Assembly (NCBI GenBank): GCA_963754875.1
Contig: CAVWHO010000022.1
Span: 152,985 to 216,984, forward strand
From: Nitrospirota bacterium
GTDB lineage: Bacteria > Nitrospirota > UBA9217
Direction of reading: 5' to 3'
Length of the DNA stretch: 64,000 bases
Shown here: positions 9,725 through 19,786 of the stretch, piece by piece
Layout of the letters: each line of letters begins with the position of its first letter
Numbering within the stretch: the first letter of the stretch is position 1
The notes under the pieces: generated by a model
Seen by the model: only the letters and a program-made list of their open reading frames with translations
The model's database searches: none
What the model was told of the DNA's origin: nothing
Program-made: the position numbers and the translations under genes

Positions 9725-10390
9725 ATGAAAAGAATTTTACTTGCTGTCATAGCATTGATATTCATCAACCTACCCTTAGCAGGGTGCGGAGGCGGTGACA
9801 ATAGGAGCTCGCCACCTGTGATTGTTACGCAGATACTGAGTGATCCAGTGTATGATGGTTATGTCGCAAAAGATTCCGCATCGAGTAATTATACAGTTAC
9901 CCAGGGCAACACGCAAAGTGTGTTCGCCGGCATAGATCCCACGACACTCACGGAGTATCGCACATTCCTGGACTTCCCTCTGACAGGTGCAGGTGGTGTC
10001 CCTGGTGACGCTGTCATTGTATCAGCAACCGTAGATATTGTAATCAACAGCATATCTCCGTATCCGTTACCTGGAACAATTCCAATTCGTGTCGACCTCG
10101 TATCCTTTCAACCACCGACATTGATAGGGACTGATTTCGATCGTACACTTCAGCCAGCGCTGGTGACAAGGACGATCTTGCCGCCGATTTCCCAAAGCGA
10201 TTTTGGCAATCATGTAGCCATTGATGTGACCGACTTGATGAATGAAGCCCAACGTCTGGGCTTGCTTGATTTCCAGGTACGTATACTAGAGGATTTGGGA
10301 ACAGTTTCACCCGGCTTTATCGAAATCAACGACACTACGGGATCAAGTCGGGATGCACTCGCACCTTTGCTTCAAGTATCGTATTATTAA
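9725..10390 (+). CDS. Hypothetical lipoprotein
   Basis: Lipobox LAGC after a hydrophobic signal; beta-rich body; lower GC than core genes. Confidence 0.7.
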   Translation: MKRILLAVIALIFINLPLAGCGGGDNRSSPPVIVTQILSDPVYDGYVAKDSASSNYTVTQGNTQSVFAGIDPTTLTEYRTFLDFPLTGAGGVPGDAVIVSATVDIVINSISPYPLPGTIPIRVDLVSFQPPTLIGTDFDRTLQPALVTRTILPPISQSDFGNHVAIDVTDLMNEAQRLGLLDFQVRILEDLGTVSPGFIEINDTTGSSRDALAPLLQVSYY

Positions 10391-10749
10391 TAGGACTGTA
10401 CCCTGCAAGCCTGGGGCGCTACCCTCTCATAACACCGATGAGCAGATTCTGGTTCGGGCGGGAGCTACGGCTGAAATGGGCAAACTGCGAGCTTGCCAGA
10501 GCCTCAAAATCGGCCTCGGCGTACGGCCTGTTGTGGGCTTAACTTCGATAGAGGAGCAAAGGAAACGTTTGCACAGTGAAAACAGGCCAGCAAATTACCA
10601 GCTACTACGCAATCGATGGTAACCTTGATTATCATGTGTCTGCAAAATTCGTCGATGTAACTATTGAATACCTCTCCAGAACGTCATACCATAGATAAAT
10701 CGTAGCAAACACGGACTGGCTTAGGGTCCTGCGGTTGCCGTCTCTGTGA

Positions 10750-11499
10750 TTAATCGAGCGACACACTAAAGCTTCCCGGATACCCGTGGTCGGAAAATTC
10801 CTTTTCCGCGTTTTCCGCAGCATGGAGCGAAGGATACTTTCCGGCGTAGACCCGGTAGAAATTATCTCCATGGACATTGGTCATATGAACTTCCGAGAAA
10901 CCATAACGTTTTTTCATTCCTTCAGACAACCGGAGCGCGTTGCTGTGTTCCTTGAATGATCCTACCTGGACCGTGTAGTTTCCGGCGTCGTACGAATCCG
11001 GAGCTCGATAGTTCTCCGCACCGCTTGCGCGATAGCCCAACGCTTCGATCCTCACCGGTGCAGTCCCGACGATGTCTACGCTCAGTTTCTTCGCAGCCGC
11101 ATAGGAAAGGTCGATGATCCTGCCTTTGACAAACGGGCCGCGGTCATTGACCCGTACGATTGCTTCATGTCCGTTGTCCGTGTTCCTGATCTTGACGAAC
11201 ACGCCGAGGGGAAGCGTCTTGTGTGCTGCGGTCATGGCGTTCATGTCGTACTTCTCCCCGTTGCTCGTCCTCTTTCCGTGAAAGTCCTTTCCGTACCAGC
11301 TCGCAATACCGGTCTGCACAAAGCCGACCTCACTTGCCAAAGGTTCGTATCGTTTGCCGTAAACGGTATAGGGCTTTTGGTAGGCTTTTGTCTTGGACCG
11401 TGAGGACTCAGTAGTCGTCGGCGGCTTTTTCGTTGCGCACGACGCAATAAAGACCAGGCAACACAGTATCAGAATAAGCTTCTTTGCAATACCGACCAT
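10750..11499 (-). CDS. rlpA: Septal ring lytic transglycosylase RlpA (DPBB + SPOR)
   Basis: GIASWYG, TAAHKTLP, VRVNDRGPF..GRIIDLS; C-terminal SPOR VQVGSF; lipobox IASC. Confidence 0.95.
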   Translation of the reverse strand: MVGIAKKLILILCCLVFIASCATKKPPTTTESSRSKTKAYQKPYTVYGKRYEPLASEVGFVQTGIASWYGKDFHGKRTSNGEKYDMNAMTAAHKTLPLGVFVKIRNTDNGHEAIVRVNDRGPFVKGRIIDLSYAAAKKLSVDIVGTAPVRIEALGYRASGAENYRAPDSYDAGNYTVQVGSFKEHSNALRLSEGMKKRYGFSEVHMTNVHGDNFYRVYAGKYPSLHAAENAEKEFSDHGYPGSFSVSLD

Positions 11500-11649
11500 A
11501 CTACTTGCCCTTTTTTGGTACTCCAGGTATTATCATAACAATGCTCTCTGTTGAACCGTCAAATTTCTGCTATGATACAAAGTATCGATCAGGAGAGCAA
11601 CTGAAAAAAACACCCCACGCTCTACTGTTCAGCTCGAAGGAGGGAAACC

Positions 11650-11955
11650 GTGATCAAGCATATTGTCATGTGGAAGCTCAAGGAAGTTGCGGAATGCGGG
11701 GACCGGATCCAGAATGCCAGAAAGATGAAGCACGATCTCGAAGCATTGAAGAGCAAGATCCCGCAGATCAAACATATCGAAGTCGGGTTGAACAGTCTTC
11801 CTTCCGAAGGCTCCTATGATGTGGTTCTCTATTCCGAATTCGAGAGCGAGAAAGACCTCGAAGCGTACCAAAAACACCCCGAGCACCTGAAAGTCGCGGA
11901 ATTCATCGGTACGGTGAGGGAACGAAGGGCGGTAGTCGATTACACGATGGGGTGA
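11650..11955 (+). CDS. Dabb-family stress-responsive A/B barrel protein
   Basis: MIKHIVMWKLK...LEAYQKHPEH...VVDY. Confidence 0.9.
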   Translation: MIKHIVMWKLKEVAECGDRIQNARKMKHDLEALKSKIPQIKHIEVGLNSLPSEGSYDVVLYSEFESEKDLEAYQKHPEHLKVAEFIGTVRERRAVVDYTMG

Positions 11956-11964
11956 GCCGCCGCG

Positions 11965-12909
11965 TCATCCGGCACTATTGATCCCGTTGTTATAATGGTC
12001 CGGCCCGGGATGGATTTTATCGATAAGATCACGGAAAAAGATCCTGTCCTGTTCAACTTCCGTTTGAATATACCCCAACTGCTTCAGTACGGGCATGAAC
12101 TTCATGGTCGCAGCGATATAGCCCTCGGTGAGCTTCGAGCAGTATTTCGGCGAAACCCTGAGCGTGTCCAGGACAAAGTCCTCATCGACAATGCTGACAA
12201 AATCAGCGATCACCCGGGCCGCCTTCGCAGGCTCCCTTCTGATGAATGCCGTGGCCTCCTCATGAAGGAGAAGAAACTTTTCCACCCGCTCTCGTTCCCG
12301 CTCTAAAAATCCGCTCTCTGCAACGATCCCGTAACTCGGATTGTTCGGCCAGAGTTTTGACGAGGGGTACAGCACCTTACCGTTGGCAAAGCGATTGATC
12401 GCTATGGCAAGGGCGGGCGTTCCTATGGCAGCAGCGACTTCATTGTTGACCACGGCCTCAGTCACGAGGTCTGCCCAGGGAAAGTTCACGATCTCGATCT
12501 CGCGCGTGAGGCCCTGCTGCTCGATACAGTCTTTCAGAATGACGTCGTGAATGGAACCCTTGCCCGGCACGCCGATCTTGCGTCCCCGGAACTGCTCCAG
12601 AACCGTACCCAGGTCAAGAGCTTCGGGGAAAGCTTTCCACCGGGCTTTGCCAGCCATGACCGTGCCTTCCACGTGCCCGCCTGCCACGCAGACCACCTTG
12701 ATGCCCTGGCTTATGCCGATGATTGCGGGAGGCAGCCCGATGTAGGCCATATCCAGTTCGCCGTGTTGAAAGGCTTTCATGATGGCCGGACCGGTGCCCA
12801 TGAGCTTCCATTCGACCTCGGCTCCCAACCGCGCGTCAACGGTCCGCTGGGCCATCAACAACACTGCAGTGTGATAGAACGTGGAAAGATGTCCGATCCT
12901 GATTCTCAT
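11965..12909 (-). CDS. NitT/TauT/SsuA (NMT1/THI5-like) substrate-binding-fold protein lacking a signal peptide
   Basis: 'TGPAIMKAFQHGELDMAYIGLPPAI', 'KIGVPGKGSIHD'; an in-frame stop two codons upstream of the ATG excludes an N-terminal signal. Confidence 0.8.
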   Translation of the reverse strand: MRIRIGHLSTFYHTAVLLMAQRTVDARLGAEVEWKLMGTGPAIMKAFQHGELDMAYIGLPPAIIGISQGIKVVCVAGGHVEGTVMAGKARWKAFPEALDLGTVLEQFRGRKIGVPGKGSIHDVILKDCIEQQGLTREIEIVNFPWADLVTEAVVNNEVAAAIGTPALAIAINRFANGKVLYPSSKLWPNNPSYGIVAESGFLERERERVEKFLLLHEEATAFIRREPAKAARVIADFVSIVDEDFVLDTLRVSPKYCSKLTEGYIAATMKFMPVLKQLGYIQTEVEQDRIFFRDLIDKIHPGPDHYNNGINSAG

Positions 12910-13047
12910 CGCTTACGCTGCTCCCGGCACGTGAAAGTAAAAGCCCTTAATCAATATTAGTCTTGATCATTCTTCGAGTCAAGCCTACGCTAGCAGTACA
13001 TCCTTTCCTGTTGCTGGGTACCATGCAGTGTGTTAATATAAATCGGT

Positions 13048-15072
13048 ATGAAAATCGCACTGGATAAAGACAGCTCCGAGCTGCTCAGAACGCTCGACGT
13101 TCTGAATATGCCCGCATTTATTGTCGACAATAGATGGACTGTCCTCTCCTGCAATGACCACGTCCGTGAGGTCTTCGAATACAGCCGGGCGGAAGTCATC
13201 GGCAGGAACCTGGAAAAATTCCTTTCCCTCGATAATATCCTCCGGGAGCGCGAAGCAACAGGTTTTCCCTCACTTGCCGATGCAGCCCGGAACGGCGAAT
13301 CGTCGTCGCTCCGCGCGTTCTGTTTCAGAAAAAATGGCAGCCCTCTGGCATCACAGATTGCCGTCATTCCGAACAAGCAGCACCGTCCCGACCGGATGAT
13401 CATCGTAGTCCGAAACGCTCCTGCTCGCAAGAACATGCCCGCGGACAACGGTTTCCCCGCGCAGGACAAGTCGCCCCAGGTTGAGTTGATCAACGAGTTG
13501 AGCAGCATCATCAACTCGAGCCTGAGCATCGGGACGATCTTCCGGATGGTCGTATCGGAACTGCGGAAGATCATCGACTACAGCAGGGCGAGTCTGCTGC
13601 TGTACAATGAAAAGGACGATAACCTGACGATCTTCGCGCTGGACACGGAGATGAAGACCGTCATGAAAAAAGGCGTTACCGCGCCGATCGAAGGAACGAG
13701 TGCGGGATGGGTGGTCCGAAACAACAAGCCCTGGATCAGCTACGACCTCACGGAAACGGCATTCCCCCTGGACAGGAAGCTCCTGGACGAGGGCATCCGC
13801 TCGACCATCAGCATTCCCCTGTTCCACGACCGGATGCTCGGCGTGTTCAACTTCGACAGCACCGATCCCACACAGTACACCGAGAAAGATTTCGAGATCC
13901 TCCTTCCGGTGGCCAAACACATTGCCGTTGCCCTGGAAAACGCGCTGTTGTTCGAAGAGATCTCGAAAGAGAAAAAAGAGTGGGAGAGAACCTTTGACGC
14001 CATCACCGACATGGTCTGGATCGAAGACGGCAGGCAGAAGGTGATCCGCGCAAACCACGCGCTCATGGCAAGGACCGGCTATTCTAAGACCGAGATCGCG
14101 GATAAGGCATGCATGGCGCTGCTCGACAAGATCGGCATCATGCCCACCGGAGGATGTCTCTGCGCCGAGACGCTCGTGTGCAAGAGACCGACGTTCCAGG
14201 AACTGAAAAGCAAGGGCGGCAGCATATTTCATTTCTGGGCCTATCCCCTCATCGATGAGGAAGGACGGCTCTACGCCATCGTCCATTACCTCAAGGACGT
14301 GACGGCCCAGAAGCGGATCGAGCAGCAGCTTATCAGGACGGACAAGCTTGCGTCCCTCGGCACGCTCGTGGCAGGCATCGCCCACGAGATCAACAACCCG
14401 CTCGGGATCATCGCAGGCTACTCTGAAGCGCTGCTCGATCGGGCTGCCGACACGGCCTTGACCAACGTACGGGAGTTCGAAGACTTTCCCGAATATCTGA
14501 GGACAATCCATAGCGAGATCTTTCGGTGCAAGGGCATCCTCAAGAGCCTCCTCGAATTTGCCCGTCCCTCGGGCGGCACGTTCCGCGAGATCGACATCAA
14601 TGAGCTCATCAAGGAAGTGCTCCTTCTGCTCAAGCACCGCACGCAGAAGCTGAAACACACGCTGGAACTCGATTTGAACCGGGAGGTCCCAAAGATCTAT
14701 GCTGATGCAGGAAGTCTCCGGCAGCTGTTGATGAACCTTCTTTTGAACGCCATTTACTTCACGTCCGAGGGGGGGAGCATCTCCATCAAAACGGAGCATG
14801 ACGAGGGAGAGGAGCCATCGAGGATCGGTGATTGTCCGAGCCGGGTCCGGCTCTCTGTCTCAGACACGGGAAGCGGCATCCCTGAAGACCTGATCGATAA
14901 GATCTTCGACCCCTTCTTCACCACCAGGCCCGTCGGTGAAGGCACGGGCCTCGGCCTTACCATCAGCCACCGGATCGTCGAGGAGCACGGCGGCACTATC
15001 GATGTGGAAAGTACGCCGGGGAAGGGCACGACCTTCATCATCACGCTGCCGGCGATCACCTGCAGGGAGTAA
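13048..15072 (+). CDS. Cytoplasmic PAS-GAF-PAS sensor histidine kinase
   Basis: H-box AHEINNPL, N-box NLLLNA, G1 DTGSGI, FDPFFTT, GTGLGL; no transmembrane segment apparent. Confidence 0.93.
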   Translation: MKIALDKDSSELLRTLDVLNMPAFIVDNRWTVLSCNDHVREVFEYSRAEVIGRNLEKFLSLDNILREREATGFPSLADAARNGESSSLRAFCFRKNGSPLASQIAVIPNKQHRPDRMIIVVRNAPARKNMPADNGFPAQDKSPQVELINELSSIINSSLSIGTIFRMVVSELRKIIDYSRASLLLYNEKDDNLTIFALDTEMKTVMKKGVTAPIEGTSAGWVVRNNKPWISYDLTETAFPLDRKLLDEGIRSTISIPLFHDRMLGVFNFDSTDPTQYTEKDFEILLPVAKHIAVALENALLFEEISKEKKEWERTFDAITDMVWIEDGRQKVIRANHALMARTGYSKTEIADKACMALLDKIGIMPTGGCLCAETLVCKRPTFQELKSKGGSIFHFWAYPLIDEEGRLYAIVHYLKDVTAQKRIEQQLIRTDKLASLGTLVAGIAHEINNPLGIIAGYSEALLDRAADTALTNVREFEDFPEYLRTIHSEIFRCKGILKSLLEFARPSGGTFREIDINELIKEVLLLLKHRTQKLKHTLELDLNREVPKIYADAGSLRQLLMNLLLNAIYFTSEGGSISIKTEHDEGEEPSRIGDCPSRVRLSVSDTGSGIPEDLIDKIFDPFFTTRPVGEGTGLGLTISHRIVEEHGGTIDVESTPGKGTTFIITLPAITCRE

Positions 15073-15146
15073 GGAGAGACAGATACTTTCCGTACAAATC
15101 TGCCGCGTGCGGGGAAAGTCCATCTGGTCAAATTCCAATTCATTCT

Positions 15147-16478
15147 ATGATCAATATTCTTGTTGTTGACGACGAAGAGCCGTTCAGACGGCTCCTGAAC
15201 AAAGAGCTTTCCAGAAAAGGGTACGCTGTCGAGGTCGCGCACGACGGCAGCGAGGCGTTGCGCCTGTTGCACGACCGGTCATTCGATATCATCCTCCTCG
15301 ATGTGGTCATGCCCGGTGTCGACGGCATCTCGCTCATGAAAAAAATGAAGGAGGATTCCGGGACGCCGGCGATCATCGTCCTCACCGGGAAGGCGACGGT
15401 GGAGACTGCGGTTGAAGCCATGAAAAACGGGGCCTACGATTATCTCACCAAACCTTACAAGCTCGATGAGCTGGCGATTGTCATAGACCGGGCCTACGAG
15501 TTCAGCCGTCTTTCCGTGAAGAGCAAGCTCCTGGAGCAGGAACTGGTCAGGAAGGAATCCCCTTTCGAATTCATCGGTAAAAGCAGGCAGCTCCAGGACA
15601 TCCTCGCAATGATCCAGAAAGTCGCACCCACGGACTCGCCCGTCTTCATCCAGGGCGAGAGCGGTACGGGTAAGGAGCTCGTCGCAAACACGGTCTGGCA
15701 CCACAGCACACGGAAGAGCGCGCCTTTCATCGCCCTGAACTGCGCGACACTCTCGGAGAACCTTATCGAATCAGAAATCTTCGGCCACGAAAAGGGCGCC
15801 TTCACCAGCGCCTACCAGGCAAAGCACGGCCTTGTGGAAGTGGCGGACAAGGGCACGCTGTTTCTCGACGAGATCGGCGAGATGCCGATCGGGCTCCAGG
15901 CAAAGCTGCTTCGCTTCCTCGATTCCGGCGAGTTTCGGAGAGTAGGCGGGAACAAGACGCTGCGAGTGGATGTACGCATGATCGCCGCGACCAACAAAGA
16001 CCTCACGGGCCTGATCAAAGCGGGCCACTTCCGGGAAGACCTCTATTACCGGTTGAACGTTATCAACGTGACCATCCCGCCGCTCAGGGAGCGGAAGGAA
16101 GACATCGTCGAACTGGCGCGTCATTTTTTGGGAAAGTATGCGAAGAAGCTGTCCAAATCCATTGCGGAATTCACTGCAGAGGCCCTGGACCTGCTCACGG
16201 GATACAACTGGCCGGGCAACGTCCGGGAGCTCGAGAACGTCATCGAGCGGGCGGTGATCCTGTGCGAATCGGGCAGGATCGGCGCGGAAGACCTTTCCAT
16301 CTCTTCGTATGCAGCGGTCGCGGACATGAGCGTGAATCCTTCTCTGGAAGAAATGGAAAAGAACTACATCCTCAGGGTGCTCAAAGAGGCGGGAAACAAC
16401 CAGTCGAAAGCGAGCCAGCTCCTCGGCATCGACCGTAAGACCCTCTACCTTAAGCTGAAGAAATACGGTATCAGCTGA
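15147..16478 (+). CDS. Sigma54-dependent NtrC/AtoC-type response regulator (REC-AAA+-Fis HTH)
   Basis: VVDDE, LDVVMP, GESGTGKE, GAFTSA (GAFTGA variant), WPGNVREL, Fis HTH. Confidence 0.95.
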   Translation: MINILVVDDEEPFRRLLNKELSRKGYAVEVAHDGSEALRLLHDRSFDIILLDVVMPGVDGISLMKKMKEDSGTPAIIVLTGKATVETAVEAMKNGAYDYLTKPYKLDELAIVIDRAYEFSRLSVKSKLLEQELVRKESPFEFIGKSRQLQDILAMIQKVAPTDSPVFIQGESGTGKELVANTVWHHSTRKSAPFIALNCATLSENLIESEIFGHEKGAFTSAYQAKHGLVEVADKGTLFLDEIGEMPIGLQAKLLRFLDSGEFRRVGGNKTLRVDVRMIAATNKDLTGLIKAGHFREDLYYRLNVINVTIPPLRERKEDIVELARHFLGKYAKKLSKSIAEFTAEALDLLTGYNWPGNVRELENVIERAVILCESGRIGAEDLSISSYAAVADMSVNPSLEEMEKNYILRVLKEAGNNQSKASQLLGIDRKTLYLKLKKYGIS

Positions 16479-16534
16479 GTCCCTTTAAAGGGGCGGGGAA
16501 GCGAGCGGTTTCATTTCCGGGGACCATGACCTCC

Positions 16535-19186
16535 TCAGGCATCCAGCTCCTCTCTTACTTTTTTCAGCAGGACCGATGGGATGAGCGGCTTAGCGATAAG
16601 GTTGATGCCCGGCTCAAGCAGGCCCTGCTTGCTGATGATGTCCTGTGAATAGCCGCTCATGAAGATCGCCTTGACCGAGGGATTAAGCAGCCGGATCTCG
16701 TGAAGGGCTTCTCTTCCGCTTTTTTGCGGCATAATACCGTCCAGAATGACCAGGTGAATGCGCGCCCTGTTTTCGCCGTATTTTGCCACAGCCTCGGCGC
16801 CATCGACCGCCTCGATCACCGCGTATCCGTTATCCTGCAGGATCGTGGTGGCAAGCTTCCTCAGTACCGCGTCATCCTCTGCGACAAGTATCGTCTCGGA
16901 ACCGCCCGGCACCCTCGCCGTCTCTGCTTCATGTCGTATTTCTGCTACGCTGCCTCTGATGAGCGGCAGATACACCTTGAATGACGTTCCCTTGCCAGGC
17001 TCGCTATATACGTCAATGAAGCCATCGTGCTGTTTGATGATGCCATACACCATCGAAAGCCCGAGGCCCGTGCCTTTTCCCTCTCCCTTGGTTGTAAAGA
17101 AAGGCTCGAAGATCTTTTTCCTCGTGTCTTCGTCCATCCCTTCGCCCGCATCCGACACCAAGAGGACCGCATATTTGCCCTTTTTCCCGAACCCGTGGGC
17201 CTCGATAAACTGCTCGTCGACGGAGAGCAACGCCGTTTGAATGGTAATGTCCCCCCCCGCAGGCATGGCGTCGCGGGCATTGGCTACCAGGTTCATGAGG
17301 ACCTGCTCCAGCTGGCCCCGGTCAACGAGGATTGACAGTTCACTTTTAGTACAGGTTGTCGTGATTTTTATGTCCTCCCTGATCAGCCTCAGCAGGAACT
17401 TCTCGAAGTTCTTGATGATCTCGTTCAGGTCGTGGGGGACAGGGTTGATGATCCGCTTCCTGCTGAAGGACAGAAGGCCTTGGGTCAGGACCGTTGCCCG
17501 CTCCCCGGCCTGGAGGATCTGTTCCACATACCCCCGCAAATAATCGTCAGCCTGCATTTTCATGAGTATGAGATGTCCGTATCCCATGATTGCCGAAAGA
17601 ATGTTGTTGAAATCATGGGCCACGCCTCCGGCAAGCTGGCCGATTGCCTCTATCTTCTGGGTCTGGAGAAGTTGTTCCTCCAGTTTCTTGCTTTCCGTGA
17701 CGTCCTGCAGTGTTTCGATGGCAGCAATCAGAACGCCCTCACTATTGAAGATCGGCGCGGACTCAAAGATAATGTACCGGTCCTTGCCGCCGAGGTTCTT
17801 ATAGAGCCCTTCCGCTTTGATTCCCTGGGGATTCAAGGCGGATTTCGAATGGCTCTTGTAGAGCTCCGGCAGGCTGTCCAGTTTGTTGTCGAGGATCACA
17901 TCCGCAACCGTCGGCCTCTTCGCGCTGTAAAAAGGCTTCCACTGATCATCCGTGCCGATCATCTGCGGCTCCTGCAGGCCGGTCAGTTCTTCGCATGCCC
18001 TGTTCCACAGCATGATCCGGTGGGTCTTGTCCAGGACAAAGGTCGCGGTTGTGGAGTTGCGGATCAGGTTCGAGCAAAAACTCTGCTGTTCGAAGAGCGC
18101 ATGTTCCCGTAAATTGATCTGCCGGGCCATATTATCGAAGGTCTGTCCCAGGCGCCCCAGTTCACCGCCTGTCACCAGATCGGACACTCTGACCTCCAGA
18201 TCCCCGTTGGCCAGACGTTGAGAGACATTTTGTAGCAGGGCAACTCGGTCCACAAGCGAGCGCTTGCCGATATACCAGGCGACATACAAAGCAATTGCGA
18301 GAAACGAGAAGAAAACAGTCAGAGTATAAATAAGGGACCTATTCGCTTTGGAAAGAACGGCATCAACCGGTGTCCCTACCCGAACATACATATAAGGCAA
18401 CTGCTCATTCTTTAGTTTCAATTTACGATAGGCGATGAACCGCTGTTTGCCGTCAAGCGCCAAGGCGCTAAATTCATCCTCTTCAGGACCTTCCTGCATT
18501 TTTTTGAATTGATCGGGGTAGTATTGCTTGCCGACCAGTGCCGCCGGGTTAATTGGTGCCGTCAGCACTACACCATTGTGGTCGAGCAATAAATAACTTT
18601 TGCCGAAGGCCCTATCGGCACGGTCCAAGAAACGCTTATAATACTCAAGATTGACACCTATGCAGATAACCCCTATTATTTTGCCGTGCTCATCTTTTTT
18701 AAAAGGATAGCCAAAGGTCAAAGCAGGCGTAAGAGTAGACCTGTTAAGAATGAATTCACCGGACGATAAGCGACCGCTCGCGAGAGCGTTTTTAAAATAC
18801 CGTCTGTCCGATACCGTAAAAGGAGGGTTCTTAGGAAAATTTGCCGCCCAGACCGCGCCGTGAAGATCGACGATGAAGATATTCGAATACTGAGCATTTA
18901 ATTTCAGCACATTGCGAAGGAGCGACTCGACCCTGGCGACGTTGCGGTTCCTGACATCAGGGAGTTCGGCCAGGGCGTTCACCAACTGCTCCGCCGAGGC
19001 CACTAGATTATTCTGTTCCGAGGCAATGCGATCAGCGAGCTGCCGGGTTTCGTTACGAGCTCGCTGTATTTCATGGTTTCGTAACGAAAGGCCTGAATAA
19101 ATAATAATGACTGCGGCAGGAAAAGCGACAATGAGGGCAAGAAGAATTAATTGCGCGCGAATTGTCAGGGACGTTAGTCGGAACAT
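16535..19186 (-). CDS. Membrane hybrid sensor histidine kinase (Cache-HAMP-PAS-HisKA-HATPase-REC)
   Basis: Two TM segments, HAMP 'GELGRLGQTFDNM', AHDFNNIL, GTGLGL, C-terminal REC. Confidence 0.92.
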   Translation of the reverse strand: MFRLTSLTIRAQLILLALIVAFPAAVIIIYSGLSLRNHEIQRARNETRQLADRIASEQNNLVASAEQLVNALAELPDVRNRNVARVESLLRNVLKLNAQYSNIFIVDLHGAVWAANFPKNPPFTVSDRRYFKNALASGRLSSGEFILNRSTLTPALTFGYPFKKDEHGKIIGVICIGVNLEYYKRFLDRADRAFGKSYLLLDHNGVVLTAPINPAALVGKQYYPDQFKKMQEGPEEDEFSALALDGKQRFIAYRKLKLKNEQLPYMYVRVGTPVDAVLSKANRSLIYTLTVFFSFLAIALYVAWYIGKRSLVDRVALLQNVSQRLANGDLEVRVSDLVTGGELGRLGQTFDNMARQINLREHALFEQQSFCSNLIRNSTTATFVLDKTHRIMLWNRACEELTGLQEPQMIGTDDQWKPFYSAKRPTVADVILDNKLDSLPELYKSHSKSALNPQGIKAEGLYKNLGGKDRYIIFESAPIFNSEGVLIAAIETLQDVTESKKLEEQLLQTQKIEAIGQLAGGVAHDFNNILSAIMGYGHLILMKMQADDYLRGYVEQILQAGERATVLTQGLLSFSRKRIINPVPHDLNEIIKNFEKFLLRLIREDIKITTTCTKSELSILVDRGQLEQVLMNLVANARDAMPAGGDITIQTALLSVDEQFIEAHGFGKKGKYAVLLVSDAGEGMDEDTRKKIFEPFFTTKGEGKGTGLGLSMVYGIIKQHDGFIDVYSEPGKGTSFKVYLPLIRGSVAEIRHEAETARVPGGSETILVAEDDAVLRKLATTILQDNGYAVIEAVDGAEAVAKYGENRARIHLVILDGIMPQKSGREALHEIRLLNPSVKAIFMSGYSQDIISKQGLLEPGINLIAKPLIPSVLLKKVREELDA

Positions 19187-19786
19187 TAAGACAAACCCCT
19201 CCTCAGGTGGGTGATGTGATCACGTTTCCAAATCCGGGCTATGCAGGAAAGAAATTATTGTTCCGCAATATAACACAGATTGACAATTTCAAATAGCCTT
19301 TTTCAAGTACACTATCCCGCACCACCGGCTATTTATGCCACAAAATAACAACACGGTTTTCAACAGGACAGGACGGAGCGAAAACTTAAGGAATTGCCGT
19401 AAACGGGCGGCTACATGGTCATACGCCACCCCTCTCGACTCAGTGCCGGGCACGCCTGAAGACGACAGGCTGGAAGTGCCGGCCACGTTAGGCGATGCTT
19501 ATTGAGGAGAAACACGTCCGCATTGTCCCTCCGAATCCGACAGACGCTATACGCTATTGCATTTCATGGAGAGCAGAGTGCTTCCACACAGCGATAGGGA
19601 AAACAATACAACAGGGCCATGCCCGCGTCTCTAACGTATTGAGCAGGAAACGGGCACTCATCATGGAAGTAATCCACAATTTGCACAAGATCGGCATTCC
19701 TGCTGGAGCATCGATCCAGCCCTATCGAACTGTGAAAGACGCAGCCTGATAATGGGAGATGTTCGTCACAAGCAGGAGACGGTTAA

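Noticed and set aside
10470..10745. c-di-GMP-I (GEMM) riboswitch fragments (ggcaaac; gcggttgccg)
   Set aside because: The elements are not in the required order and spacing, and the GNRA/receptor P2 is missing
13351..14799. Long antisense ORFs (also 48342-49904, 45731-46939, 47029-48195, 24626-25807, 60812-62053)
   Set aside because: Shadow ORFs opposite well-conserved high-GC genes, with no recognisable motifs
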